The position numbers and the translations under genes were made by a program. Shown here piece after piece: positions 1-9,859 of a stretch of 64,000 bases of DNA; position 1 is the stretch's first letter; each line of letters starts with the position of its first letter. The notes below the pieces were generated by a model. That model was not told the DNA's origin and searched no databases. It saw nothing but the letters and a program-made list of their open reading frames with translations. The stretch is from Dehalococcoidia bacterium (lineage in GTDB: Bacteria; Chloroflexota; Dehalococcoidia; GIF9; AB-539-J10). Where the stretch lies: assembly GCA_030612025.1 (NCBI GenBank), contig JAUWOR010000001.1:1-64000 (forward strand), written 5' to 3'.

Positions 1-118
1 GTAGTTGCCCAATTTATTGGGCGACTGTGCCTGATAAATCAGGCAACTACAAAAATTTGGGAGTGAAACACCTCTGAGATGGCTGAAATTGAACAGGGAA
101 TCAAAATTAAACAGCCTG
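1..118. mobile_element. MITE-like element (cut by window edge) containing GTAGTTGCC...GGCAACTAC REP-like palindrome
   Basis: Inverted relative of 28215-28348; ends in AAATTAAACAGCCT terminal repeat. Confidence 0.7.
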
Positions 119-211
119 ATAGCAACAAAGGAGGCGATGTGGCACTAATTATATGGACGTGTGCAGCTTCAACAGAGCCTATAAGGGATAAAGTGAGCCT
201 TGTCTCACTGC

Positions 212-2575
212 CTATCCGGCATAGAAGCTATCTATCCAATCTGGTCTTGGGGGCTGCTGACCACTCTCCAGTATCTCTTTCCACTGCTCGTCAGTCAATC
301 TCCCCTGCTCCATAGGCCACCTAAATTCGTAGTAACTGAGAGTAGGACCAGCACCAAGGATAATTCTGCCATCAGGAACTTTATAGGCTACCAAGGCAAG
401 GTCAACGTAGCCTACTCCTTCCTCTAGAACCTCCATCGGAGGGTTGGTATCGGTGTGAACATCAGCGACAAGAGTGGTTTCCTTGCCCTTAGCTTCAACA
501 CCAACGACTATAGAATTAAGCGCCTGGCCAAAATTTCTGATGAACTCATAATCGCTTTCAGATAGCTCTTTGCCTTCCAACTCTTCTTGGCTAATTTTGA
601 TTAGCTTTTCCAGAATGCTTTCCAGGTTCTCCAGTCTCGATTTCTCCTCACTGCTCAAGGCATCAAGCTCAGCCAAACCCTTTCTTGTCATCCTAGTAAG
701 CGTAAGCATGCGGGAGTAGAACTCAGGGACTGGTTCGACATAGCCTACCACTGGCTGTGCCTGAGGCGGCATTGCCGTTGCCGCTGGAGTGTAGCTTTGC
801 TTGGCATACAAGATTGTGTCATGGCGAAGCTCAGTCCAGGATGCCAGAGCGGTCTGCAATTCCTTGTCCTTCCAGGCATCAGTCTGCATAAAAGTAGGAT
901 AACCTTCACCAAAATCCCCCAGCAAAGGCCTTAAGGCATAAAGCCAGCTCCAGTAAAGATTGCGATTCCAATCCTTCTCGCTTACAGCATCAAACTCTTC
1001 TCTGAGCATATCTAATTGCTTATCATAGCTAGTGTCTTCACCCTGATATTCAGTATCTCCCTCAGCCTTCAATATGTCATAAGCTCGCTCTGAGCCCAGG
1101 ACTGCCATGACATCCAATCCTCTGGGAAAACATCTCTGAGGACCGAGTATAGTTATCTTCAGGGTAAATGGCTCACCTTGGCCCACATACATACCTACAG
1201 CGGGAAAGACCAGATTTTGAAACATATATGAGTCAGGCACAAATCGCTGTCCCATAAACCTCATCCCCTTTGTGTCAGCCAGACATTCATAGAGCTTCTC
1301 TTTAGTCACCGGCGGAGCAATAAGACAAATGCCGGAGCCGCCGTAAATCTCGGGATTTCTCATCTGAGCTAGCTCAGCTTTCAAATTGAGCAATGCCTCC
1401 TCATCAGCAAGCTGACTGACGTCAAACTCAGTGCCAAAAACCTTCCCTATAGCCTCCAGATATTCATATGGGGTCAGGTCATCAGCAGTGCCCACGAAGA
1501 AAGAGGTAACAGAGTAAATCCGATTCCATGTTTCCCAGCAAGTGGCATCGTTGACTTTTACATTAGGCAGTTCTGCCGAAATCAAAGACGCTTGAATTGT
1601 AGCTATCGTGGCATCCTTCTCACTGACCAAGGCATCCCGGCCTCCCTTGAGAAAGAAAGCCATCCGGCCATACCACATCATGGCCTTGAAATATCTTTTC
1701 AGCGCCTCGCTCCGGGTGTAATGTCCCCTGGGAACATACTGGGAGTAGTCTTCTTTATAGGAATTTTGGGAATCAGGGGAGTTGAAGATAGCACTTGGAT
1801 TGAAGCCCTCATGCGCTTCAATGTTTTTTATCTCCGCCTTAACTTCACCCCCCACATAAGACGGAATGGAGAAATCAACCTTCTTCAAAGGCTTAAATTC
1901 TTTCTCATCCCAGGGATGCTCTTGATTCCATTGCTCGATTTCCTGCTTGGTTTTCTCTTCATCATAGCCTTCAGTTGGAGTCTGGAAAAGCTTCAAGGCC
2001 ACGGCAAAATAGGCCACATTTCTTCTGGCAGCTTCCTTTAGGTCAGAGTCAGTGAAGGATTCATAATCCCATATTGCCCTTTCCAGCATCGCCTGGCTCA
2101 TATCAATCAGTTCATCAAAAAACTCTTCTTCCTCAAGACGCTTCAGTATCTCATTGAACTGGATATGATATAGATGAAGCAAAGTATCCGAGGTAACAAA
2201 GATAGGGACACCTTGCTCCTTAAGTGTCTTATAAGGCTGGACAATATCATCGCCATGCCAAGGGATAACCACAAAGCCATTTTTCTCCAGAAGCTGCTCC
2301 TGATTTTTAGTCAGCCCGAATCTTGAGCCTACCTCTGCAAAGTTTGTTACCTTCCCCAAATCCAAGGGCAATAAGTAGCGCGGAGCATCAGGAGATACAG
2401 AGACCTCTCCAGATTCATAACAAGCTGCCATAGCAAGCTTGGGATTCGATACCTCACCCTCAGCCACTGAAGGTATCGCAAACTCAGAAGGTACGGGCGG
2501 CCGACCAGTTGCGCAGCCACTGGCGAGAAAGATAGCAATTAAAAGAATAGAAATAAGGACCTTCCCAATTTTCAT
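212..2575 (-). CDS. DUF3160 domain-containing lipoprotein
   Basis: 787 aa, lipobox LASGC, motifs EDYSQYVPRGHYT, YFKAMMWYGR, WTELRHDTILYAKQSY. Confidence 0.85.
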   Translation of the reverse strand: MKIGKVLISILLIAIFLASGCATGRPPVPSEFAIPSVAEGEVSNPKLAMAACYESGEVSVSPDAPRYLLPLDLGKVTNFAEVGSRFGLTKNQEQLLEKNGFVVIPWHGDDIVQPYKTLKEQGVPIFVTSDTLLHLYHIQFNEILKRLEEEEFFDELIDMSQAMLERAIWDYESFTDSDLKEAARRNVAYFAVALKLFQTPTEGYDEEKTKQEIEQWNQEHPWDEKEFKPLKKVDFSIPSYVGGEVKAEIKNIEAHEGFNPSAIFNSPDSQNSYKEDYSQYVPRGHYTRSEALKRYFKAMMWYGRMAFFLKGGRDALVSEKDATIATIQASLISAELPNVKVNDATCWETWNRIYSVTSFFVGTADDLTPYEYLEAIGKVFGTEFDVSQLADEEALLNLKAELAQMRNPEIYGGSGICLIAPPVTKEKLYECLADTKGMRFMGQRFVPDSYMFQNLVFPAVGMYVGQGEPFTLKITILGPQRCFPRGLDVMAVLGSERAYDILKAEGDTEYQGEDTSYDKQLDMLREEFDAVSEKDWNRNLYWSWLYALRPLLGDFGEGYPTFMQTDAWKDKELQTALASWTELRHDTILYAKQSYTPAATAMPPQAQPVVGYVEPVPEFYSRMLTLTRMTRKGLAELDALSSEEKSRLENLESILEKLIKISQEELEGKELSESDYEFIRNFGQALNSIVVGVEAKGKETTLVADVHTDTNPPMEVLEEGVGYVDLALVAYKVPDGRIILGAGPTLSYYEFRWPMEQGRLTDEQWKEILESGQQPPRPDWIDSFYAG

Positions 2576-2743
2576 CCTATCCCCTCCAAATTTAACCTAC
2601 CATCTTAAAAACGGAATAGTTGATAAAAAGTTTATATTCTGTAAAGACATCTTAGGGTAAAGCCTATTGTTTTTCCTAGCACTGCTATTATACTATTTAA
2701 GACATAATTTCAAATCCAGCCCAAGGAGAGGAGGCGATCACTT

Positions 2744-2881
2744 ATGAAGATAAAAGGTTTGTGGATGGGGATAATGGCTATCGTCTTTGGTGTTCTGGTG
2801 ATCGCCTTGCCTGAGCTCCTAAGATGGCTGGTGGGAATCTATCTTATTGTAGCTGGTGTACTAGCGCTTTTAAGGAGGTGA
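2744..2881 (+). CDS. Small membrane protein, DUF3096-like (45 aa)
   Basis: GGAGG RBS; MKIKGLWMGIMAIVFGVLVIALPELLRWLVGIYLIVAGVLALLRR; below ORF-track cutoff. Confidence 0.7.
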   Translation: MKIKGLWMGIMAIVFGVLVIALPELLRWLVGIYLIVAGVLALLRR

Positions 2882-2888
2882 CGCTGTT

Positions 2889-3041
2889 ATGCATGTAATT
2901 GGTATAACTGGATTAGCCACGGGGGTGCTGGCCCTTGTCTTCGGCATTGTAGTCTTGATTTTTCCTAAAATCCTGAACTATCTAATAGGGGCTTTCCTCA
3001 TTATAGTTGGGGTAATAGCTATCATCCAAGCTGTAACCTGA
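2889..3041 (+). CDS. Small membrane protein, DUF3096-like (50 aa)
   Basis: AAGGAGGTG RBS; ...LIFPKILNYLIGAFLIIVG motif. Confidence 0.75.
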   Translation: MHVIGITGLATGVLALVFGIVVLIFPKILNYLIGAFLIIVGVIAIIQAVT

Positions 3042-3080
3042 TGGGGAATTAATACCTGATTTCTTTCAGTTTGCTTGAAG

Positions 3081-3636
3081 TTACTCAGATGGTATGGTTA
3101 CATTTAATGTGACCGCAGGGCGAACAATGACCTTAGTATCCCCAGTAACGGTTACAGATTTATCGGCATCGCAGTCCAGCGTAAGAATGGTAGTCTGCCC
3201 CTCCACCACCTCAAATGGGCGGACGAATTTCAACTCACTACTGGGGAGTGTAGCCTCTTCAGGCTCAGCTTCTCCTAGCTTTACTTCAACCTTTTCAATG
3301 GTCATGCGAATTTGAGTGTAATTACCGGCAGTCACATTTCCTGAGGCAAGAATCTCTTCTAAGCCTTCTTCCTTAAGTTCAATAAGGTCAAAGGTAGGCA
3401 TGGTTTATATCTAGAGGTATCCATTCACCCTCTTCACCCTCGTCTCCAGCCTTATGAATTTCGACCGCAGAGGCTGTGAAGTCTATGCTCCTTACGTTGC
3501 TGCCATGCCCAGGGTCAGTGACATGCACCACAACTACACCAGTAGGTGTCGGCCCAGCAGGAGTACAACTTACAGCCATAAAGGCCAGAAGTGGCAGGAT
3601 GGCAAATAGCATTAAATACCGACTAACTTTGCTCAT
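3081..3636 (-). pseudogene. DUF4382-like lipoprotein split by a 1-nt frameshift near 3405
   Basis: 3388-3636 carries lipobox and VTDP motif, 3081-3401 carries FDLIEL...GNYTQIR...DCDADKSV; deleting one A in GATATAAAC joins them. Confidence 0.7.
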
Positions 3637-3645
3637 TTTAACCTG

Positions 3646-3918
3646 CTATGTCTGGTTCTTGCTCACTGCTAAGCCAGCCGTCAAATCATCAAAGAGAACC
3701 ACTTTGTTAGCCACGCTTATAATCTGCTCGATAGGTATTATGCTCTCCTGCCCTTGATTATCAACTATCATCCATATTTTATCCTGAGGTAATTCTTTCT
3801 TGATTCTAACGACCACTCCCAGACTAACACCATCAGGCATGGTAACCTCTTTGCCCAGGAGAAGTACCTCCAGGCCCTTGGCAGCTATCATTGTTTTCAA
3901 CTTCTTTAGAATGTTCAT
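3646..3918 (-). CDS. PRC-barrel-like protein
   Basis: LLGKEVTMPDGVSLGVV...IIPIEQIISVANKVVL. Confidence 0.6.
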   Translation of the reverse strand: MNILKKLKTMIAAKGLEVLLLGKEVTMPDGVSLGVVVRIKKELPQDKIWMIVDNQGQESIIPIEQIISVANKVVLFDDLTAGLAVSKNQT

Positions 3919-4115
3919 AATTTAACCCGCAATATTAGAAACGAAACAAGCGGTAAAAAGTTTAGCTCCACCATAGCCTTTGCTGAAAGAGATAATGTAA
4001 TTCACCCCAGTCAAGGATAACTGAAACGGGCTAAAAGGATTAAGTCTACCCGAGAAAAAACAGGTAGAGAAGGCATAATGGGAACGTGCTGGATACCTTA
4101 ATAAATTTGTCTTGA

Positions 4116-4205
4116 CTAAACCAGGCGAAATAACATTAATATCAGGCCTACAGCTAATAACGTTACGCCTAAAGCCAGTAAGCCAATCAATAACTTCATA
4201 TTCAT
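4116..4205 (-). CDS. Putative 29-aa single-TM small protein
   Basis: GAGAGG upstream; MNMKLLIGLLALGVTLLAVGLILMLFRLV. Confidence 0.5.
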   Translation of the reverse strand: MNMKLLIGLLALGVTLLAVGLILMLFRLV

Positions 4206-4362
4206 TGCTAAAATCCTCTCTATGCAGACTTGATACACCAGCTAACAGCCACTTTGTAGTATTATGCCTCTGCCCTCCTTACCTAATATCTATATATCTA
4301 TAACGAAAATCGAAGGGAAAAGTTCAGCAAAATTAAGCTAGTGGTAAAATAAATAAAAGGCA

Positions 4363-5493
4363 ATGGCAATAAAGTTAATCGCCAAGAAAGGCTCGACCTT
4401 TCATGATTTCCCCTACACCAGCACACAGCGGAAATGCTTCCATTGCTGGATTATCAATGTCACACCGCCAGGACCAAACCAATGCCTTCATAATTGTATT
4501 TATTGCTATGCCAGAGAAGCTATTTATGCTAACTACTCAGAAGATACTCTGCTTTACAATAACTTGCCCGAGTTGGTAGAGAAAGACCTTAAAAAGCTAA
4601 CCTTATGCCCTCCAATTTCCTTGTCCAATGTCTCCGACCCCTGCCAGGATATAGCTGAATTAAAGGGAGAGGTCAAAAAATTAATAAAGCTTCTGATGGA
4701 CTATGGAGTTGCCTTCTTCATCACCACCAAAGGAGACCCATCCTTCCTTTTGGAACTGCCGGGCTTTGTGGAGTACAAACCTAAACTTATAGCCACGACC
4801 ATTGAGGGAACTCCGGAAATACTGCAGCTACTCTCGCCCGGAGCACCGCCACTTGATGCCAGGGTGACCACTGTGCGCAAGCTATCCAACCTAGGTATAG
4901 ATACCATTATTCGCCTCGATCCCATTTTCATCCATCTCTTCCAGGCTCTTTATGGTGATTCTTGGTTTGATAAAATAGCCGCGCTAGTTAATGCCTTCGC
5001 TTCCACTGGAGCTTGCCATATCATCAGCAGCACGGGCAAATTATCTAAAAAACGCTCTCAAACTGGTGATTATATCGGCACAAGCGCATGGCAACGAGTA
5101 TACCAAGTTATCCATGATCAATCACCCCTAGCGGCCAAGAAATTTGAGCAAGAATATGTCTACGAAGCACACTGGTCAGGAGGGGGTTATCGCCTGAGAA
5201 AGGATTTAAGACTTAGCCTCCATCACAAATTACTTGCCTTAGTTGAAGCTAAAAGAATGACCTACGCCACTTGTCAGGAGCTTAGTGCTGAGGAGAGCGA
5301 TTCCAAAGGTATTCCCCATTGCGAGGCCCTGCCCTTACCTTTTGCCAAAAAACAAGCTAACGGCAAGTTCAAGCCTATTCCCGGCTGCACTGCTAATTGT
5401 CATGTCTCCTGCCCAAGATTAGCCATGCCGCCTTGCGGGCATCCAGAATTGGTAACCTGTAAGCCTCTAAAGCTGAGCACCTTGTGCGAGTAA
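4363..5493 (+). CDS. Radical SAM protein, SplB/Rv2578c-like
   Basis: CLHNCIYCYA CxxxCxxC; SDPCQ; ITTKG; RLDPI; Cys-rich C-terminus. Confidence 0.75.
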   Translation: MAIKLIAKKGSTFHDFPYTSTQRKCFHCWIINVTPPGPNQCLHNCIYCYAREAIYANYSEDTLLYNNLPELVEKDLKKLTLCPPISLSNVSDPCQDIAELKGEVKKLIKLLMDYGVAFFITTKGDPSFLLELPGFVEYKPKLIATTIEGTPEILQLLSPGAPPLDARVTTVRKLSNLGIDTIIRLDPIFIHLFQALYGDSWFDKIAALVNAFASTGACHIISSTGKLSKKRSQTGDYIGTSAWQRVYQVIHDQSPLAAKKFEQEYVYEAHWSGGGYRLRKDLRLSLHHKLLALVEAKRMTYATCQELSAEESDSKGIPHCEALPLPFAKKQANGKFKPIPGCTANCHVSCPRLAMPPCGHPELVTCKPLKLSTLCE

Positions 5494-5504
5494 ACAAGCA
5501 ACAT

Positions 5505-7067
5505 CTAAGCCCTGCGACGCATTAACATAAACCAGCTCATGCCACTGACTAAGAGTACTGCCAAAACAATCCAAGGTGCTAGAACCGCCAGCTTGTTCAC
5601 GGGATAAGCCTCGCCGCCTACTGGTGGAACAGCCTGAAGGGTGACCTGACGTTCTGAGCTTGAGCCAGAATCGCCGTCCAGATCCGTTCCCATTACATAG
5701 AACGGATAGGTGCCAAAGTCAAACCCGCTCAGGGTCTTTTCCCAGCGTAGCTCCTTGCCTACATCCATGTCGGTCATGGGGTAGCTATCACCACCAAAGT
5801 GGAGAGTTGCATTCTGGAGGCATTCGTTAGCCTCCACTCTTATGGTAACTTCAGAGCCATACAGGGTGGTTCCATTCCTCGGAGCCTCAATGAATTCTAT
5901 CTCCGGCTCGCCGGGCAGACTTGGTCTAGCCTGAGGGTTGCCACCACCACTACCACCGCCGATCTTTATCTCACCGTTGCGTCCCATGGTTAATAGATAA
6001 TTGTCGGGACCTGTTATATTCATGGCAGTGACCAAGGAGAAACCAGCATTCATTTTCATGCAAATAAGGTTGAGGGTATAGTCGGCGCCGACATCAGGGC
6101 CGAGATGGAAAACATACTCACCCACTGCAGCTAGCTCCTGTTGTTCAGTTCCACCCTTTTGGAGAAGGTGAGGATCTCCCCAGACAGTGCTATATCTAAT
6201 ACCGTCAGGATGGGTGATTTTTGCTTCATGCCCCCAGTCGGTATACTCCTGGGTTACGTCAATCTCCCAGTCATTGGCCAACACTACAGACGCCCACGCC
6301 TCATAGGATACCACCCGATCATAGCCATCAGCGCATCCCTGAGTGAATATATTGTCCCCCCGCGTAGCTGTGGCTTCTGTCCGTATATCATATCCCTTGT
6401 AGCGGGTTCTGTTAGCCAGGGTGTGCCACGAGGCACTATCCTGCCAATAATAATAGGAAAGCCCGCAATCCCTGCCCAGAATCAAGCCGTCGCCAGGAGC
6501 ACCAGAAGTAAGAACCTGCTCCATGTCAGCGATGTAGTCTTCAGCCATACCTATAGTGTAAATATTTACTGTTTTAAAGACTCCCGAAGCATCATCCCAG
6601 ACAAACTCCTGCCTTATCGCTTGTGTTGATATGGGTATCCCTAGCAGTCCTGGGTTGGATAACTCGTCTTCCGCCGACATCACAGAAGAGACTATCGGGA
6701 AGTAGTATCTCCTTTCTTGAGGAGGATATCCTCGAGGACTAGCTCTCACCACAGCGCAAACCTCGGTGCCACCCTCTAACGGCGGAAGTTTGCTCTGCCA
6801 TAGCCCAGCAGCTAATCTCGTCAGTCTACCCCAGACCCCCAGCGACCTTCCTTGTCCATTGAATAGCTCATACTCCACTGTTGCCTCGCTTAGCGGTCCT
6901 TCTCTGCCAGCCAGGTAGACCTTCAAGGCAACATCTGACCCTTCTTCGTCTACCGTGACATACATATTAAAAGAATCAGGTGAGGCCTGAATCAGAGGAG
7001 GCACGAGTGACAGACTAAGCAGCAGGGTACAAACAACCGTTACGCTAAACGCCTTATTGTTTTTCAT
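5505..7067 (-). CDS. Secreted surface protein with C-terminal TM anchor
   Basis: GGAGGAG RBS before ATG 7067, signal peptide, WGDPH motif, Ig-like domain, PVGGEAYPVNKLAVLAPW-TM-RRRA tail. Confidence 0.7.
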   Translation of the reverse strand: MKNNKAFSVTVVCTLLLSLSLVPPLIQASPDSFNMYVTVDEEGSDVALKVYLAGREGPLSEATVEYELFNGQGRSLGVWGRLTRLAAGLWQSKLPPLEGGTEVCAVVRASPRGYPPQERRYYFPIVSSVMSAEDELSNPGLLGIPISTQAIRQEFVWDDASGVFKTVNIYTIGMAEDYIADMEQVLTSGAPGDGLILGRDCGLSYYYWQDSASWHTLANRTRYKGYDIRTEATATRGDNIFTQGCADGYDRVVSYEAWASVVLANDWEIDVTQEYTDWGHEAKITHPDGIRYSTVWGDPHLLQKGGTEQQELAAVGEYVFHLGPDVGADYTLNLICMKMNAGFSLVTAMNITGPDNYLLTMGRNGEIKIGGGSGGGNPQARPSLPGEPEIEFIEAPRNGTTLYGSEVTIRVEANECLQNATLHFGGDSYPMTDMDVGKELRWEKTLSGFDFGTYPFYVMGTDLDGDSGSSSERQVTLQAVPPVGGEAYPVNKLAVLAPWIVLAVLLVSGMSWFMLMRRRA

Positions 7068-7224
7068 TGCTCCTCCCTTGACATTAGCCGACTTCACTGT
7101 ATGCCTTCAAGTAATTTTATGGTAGTAGTGCTGCTTAACAAAAACAACTCCCGTTGTCACCTCCATGTCATTCGATTGAAATGAGTGAAACCATCAGGCT
7201 AGTCTATAGTCCATTTTACTATGC

Positions 7225-7842
7225 TCACCATACCGACCTTCTATTTCTGGGTGGTATGTAAGATTCAAAAAGCAGGTCTATAGTCCGTTTGCGAAGATCT
7301 GTCTCATGCTCTTCCAACAATCCTTTTGTGGCACAAACTCGTTGACAAACAATATCCAATTCTTTTTCGCTTAGCTCAGCTTGCTCGGCAAGCTCTAACA
7401 TCTGCATTAAATCACGAACCCGCTGATAAAGGACTTCCTGTTCTTCCTTTATCACCTCAATTTGTTCACTACCGGATTTTTCATATCCCCTGACTTGTTT
7501 CACTGTTTGGCGAATCACTTTCTTATATTTTTTCAAGGCAGCTATCTCTTTCTTAAGAATCGACCGCCTTTCCTTGTTCTTTTTTAACCGTTTTGCCAAG
7601 CTTTTAAGCTCACCTTGATATCTATCAGTCCTATTGAATTCGTCATGAAGAGCCTCCAGCTTTTTGCGATACTTTTCTCCCAGAAGAGCTTCCAGCTTCG
7701 TCAGCCGGTTAAGCCTCTCACTGAAGAATTCTACACTTCGGCGTAATTCTTCGACCTTGCTCAGTAGTTCCCTTTGCCCAATAGAAACTTGCTCTTGCCC
7801 TATTGCCTCTTCAAAGGTTTCCATTCCTAAATCCTCTAACAA
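7225..7842 (-). CDS. Coiled-coil hypothetical protein
   Basis: 205 aa, E/K/L-rich heptad pattern. Confidence 0.6.
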   Translation of the reverse strand: MLEDLGMETFEEAIGQEQVSIGQRELLSKVEELRRSVEFFSERLNRLTKLEALLGEKYRKKLEALHDEFNRTDRYQGELKSLAKRLKKNKERRSILKKEIAALKKYKKVIRQTVKQVRGYEKSGSEQIEVIKEEQEVLYQRVRDLMQMLELAEQAELSEKELDIVCQRVCATKGLLEEHETDLRKRTIDLLFESYIPPRNRRSVW

Positions 7843-7900
7843 GTATCAAGACAAGCCCATTATAAAAACCCATCCAAAAATAATCAATAGCTAATTACAT

Positions 7901-8024
7901 GAGATGGTTTATTTTGTCACCCCGAGCGCTAGCGAAGGGTCTAGATTCTTCGGTCGCTTCTCTCCCTCAGAATGACAAGTAGCGAAGGACTCAGAATGAC
8001 AGGAGGGGGTTGCTAATCGATCTT
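7901..8024. mobile_element. MITE-like element enclosing TGTCA...TGACA palindromic repeat
   Basis: Degenerate ends GAGATGGTTTA / TAATCGATCTT; exact flanking direct repeat AATTACAT (7893-7900, 8025-8032). Confidence 0.65.
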
Positions 8025-8057
8025 AATTACATGACTCTTTTTGTCTCAGAGGCGAAG

Positions 8058-8315
8058 TTAACGATGTGCCAGCTCAACTACGGTGACGCCGTAGTCCCCT
8101 TCGCCGTAGTCACCAGGGCGGAAGGATTTAACTAAAGGATGCTTGGCTAGCACTTCATGCACTGCCTGGCGCAGTGTCCCTGTACCCTTGCCATGAACAA
8201 TGCGCACCGAGGGCAAACCAGCCATAAAGGCATCGTTGAGGTACTGATCTAGCCGAAACAAGGCTTCGTCAACGGTAAGATAGCGTAAATGCAATTCCTT
8301 ATCTACTGCTTTCAT
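8058..8315 (-). CDS. Stand-alone Smr/MutS2 C-terminal domain protein
   Basis: ELHLR...IVHGKGTGTLRQAV...GEGDYGVTVVEL. Confidence 0.9.
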   Translation of the reverse strand: MKAVDKELHLRYLTVDEALFRLDQYLNDAFMAGLPSVRIVHGKGTGTLRQAVHEVLAKHPLVKSFRPGDYGEGDYGVTVVELAHR

Positions 8316-9859
8316 TACAACCTAATAAACTCCAAGCGAAGAATTTCCTTGGTAGCCTCGGTAACCTTGACCCTATCATCTATGCGCCAGCCTACTACCC
8401 AGATGATTTGCTGAGGGGAACAGACTATTGGGATACACTCTCGCCACAAAAGTGGTATCTTAGCATCAATCATAAAGTGCTGAAGCTTTTTAGGCCTATC
8501 CATGCCTAAAGGATGAAATCTATCTCTCGGCTGGCGCTGACGGACGAATAATTCAGTCCCAGTTCGGTGCAAATCAAATTCAGCAACGAAGCTTCTGCGA
8601 GGTTGCTTCGCTTCGCTCGCAATGACAAAAGGAGGACGCGATTCGCTATGCTCAGGGCTTTGCCTCGGGATGACAGAAGAAATGCTAGTTACCACTCGCC
8701 ATCCGGATAAAACCGTCTCCCCTGGCACTTTAAGAGGAAATACACCTTGCAAGGCAGGAAAAGGACAAAATAGTCTAGAAGTCGAAAGTCCTAAGTCCCG
8801 CGTAGATTCATTACCCTCAGGGCTTTGGCTTACCGCGATGACCACCTCATCATATTCATTCCAACACACAAGACCATGAGGCAAGGAAGTTCTTTTACCC
8901 ACCGGTTTACTTAGTAAACTCCTGATTGCTTCAATATGATTGGCTTCAATATCCCGAGTATCCCCTACCAGCCTAGCTATAGCTAACCTCAGTAGCTGCC
9001 TCTGCAAAGCTATAGGTAAGGCAGCGATTTTCCCCTTATCCAGGTAAATGGCATCATCTTCCTGCCTGGCCACTTCATCCCACAACTGAAAAGCTTGCTG
9101 CTCCACGAAGGAAATGTCATCGGCGGCGATTTCAGCCAGGCGAAGCAGAGCTTGGTCTACACTTGGGTTATATTCTCTAAGCAAGGGTAAAAGCTCCAAG
9201 CGAAGGCGATTTCTAAAGAAAGACAAGGAAAGATTAGAGGAATCAATCCGTGGCTCAATCTGGCGTTCTTGACAATAATTCAATGTTTCCTCTCTAGTAA
9301 CATTGAGGAGAGGTCTTATTACTAACAGCTTGCTTCGCTGTGCTCGCAATGACGTCCCTTTACTATAGGGCAAAGGCGAACAAGGCTCAAGGCCACGCAG
9401 CCCGGAAGTTCCCGCCCCCCGTAATATATGCATCAAAATAGTTTCTACCTGGTCATCCCGAGTGTGCCCTATGGCTACTCGATTGGCTCCAATATCATCA
9501 GCTATTTTGGCAAGAAAGTCATAGCGTAGCTCCCGAGCAGCCTCCTCCGTAGAGCAATTCCTTTCAGCTTTGTAAGCAGCTACATCACGTTTACCAACAG
9601 TGATTGGAATACCAAGCTTGTCAGCCAAGTTAGCTACATATTTGGCATCAGCTTCAGACTCAACACCTCGAAGCTGATGATTCAGATGGGCTACACGCAG
9701 CTTTATGTCAAGCTTGCTCTGCCATCTTGCCAAGACATGCAGCAAGCAAACCGAGTCAGCACCACCTGATACCCCAACAACTACTATCTCCCCAGACGAA
9801 ATCAGGTTATGCTGCTGAATAAAATCTATGACTCTTGTTTCCAGCTCAATCTTTTTCAT
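8315..9859 (-). CDS. tilS: tRNA(Ile)-lysidine synthetase, with three repeat-derived in-frame inserts
   Basis: SGGADS PP-loop, HLNHQLRG, ARELRY, GHTRDDQVET, RNRLR, TilS_C. Confidence 0.95.
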   Translation of the reverse strand: MKKIELETRVIDFIQQHNLISSGEIVVVGVSGGADSVCLLHVLARWQSKLDIKLRVAHLNHQLRGVESEADAKYVANLADKLGIPITVGKRDVAAYKAERNCSTEEAARELRYDFLAKIADDIGANRVAIGHTRDDQVETILMHILRGAGTSGLRGLEPCSPLPYSKGTSLRAQRSKLLVIRPLLNVTREETLNYCQERQIEPRIDSSNLSLSFFRNRLRLELLPLLREYNPSVDQALLRLAEIAADDISFVEQQAFQLWDEVARQEDDAIYLDKGKIAALPIALQRQLLRLAIARLVGDTRDIEANHIEAIRSLLSKPVGKRTSLPHGLVCWNEYDEVVIAVSQSPEGNESTRDLGLSTSRLFCPFPALQGVFPLKVPGETVLSGWRVVTSISSVIPRQSPEHSESRPPFVIASEAKQPRRSFVAEFDLHRTGTELFVRQRQPRDRFHPLGMDRPKKLQHFMIDAKIPLLWRECIPIVCSPQQIIWVVGWRIDDRVKVTEATKEILRLEFIRL

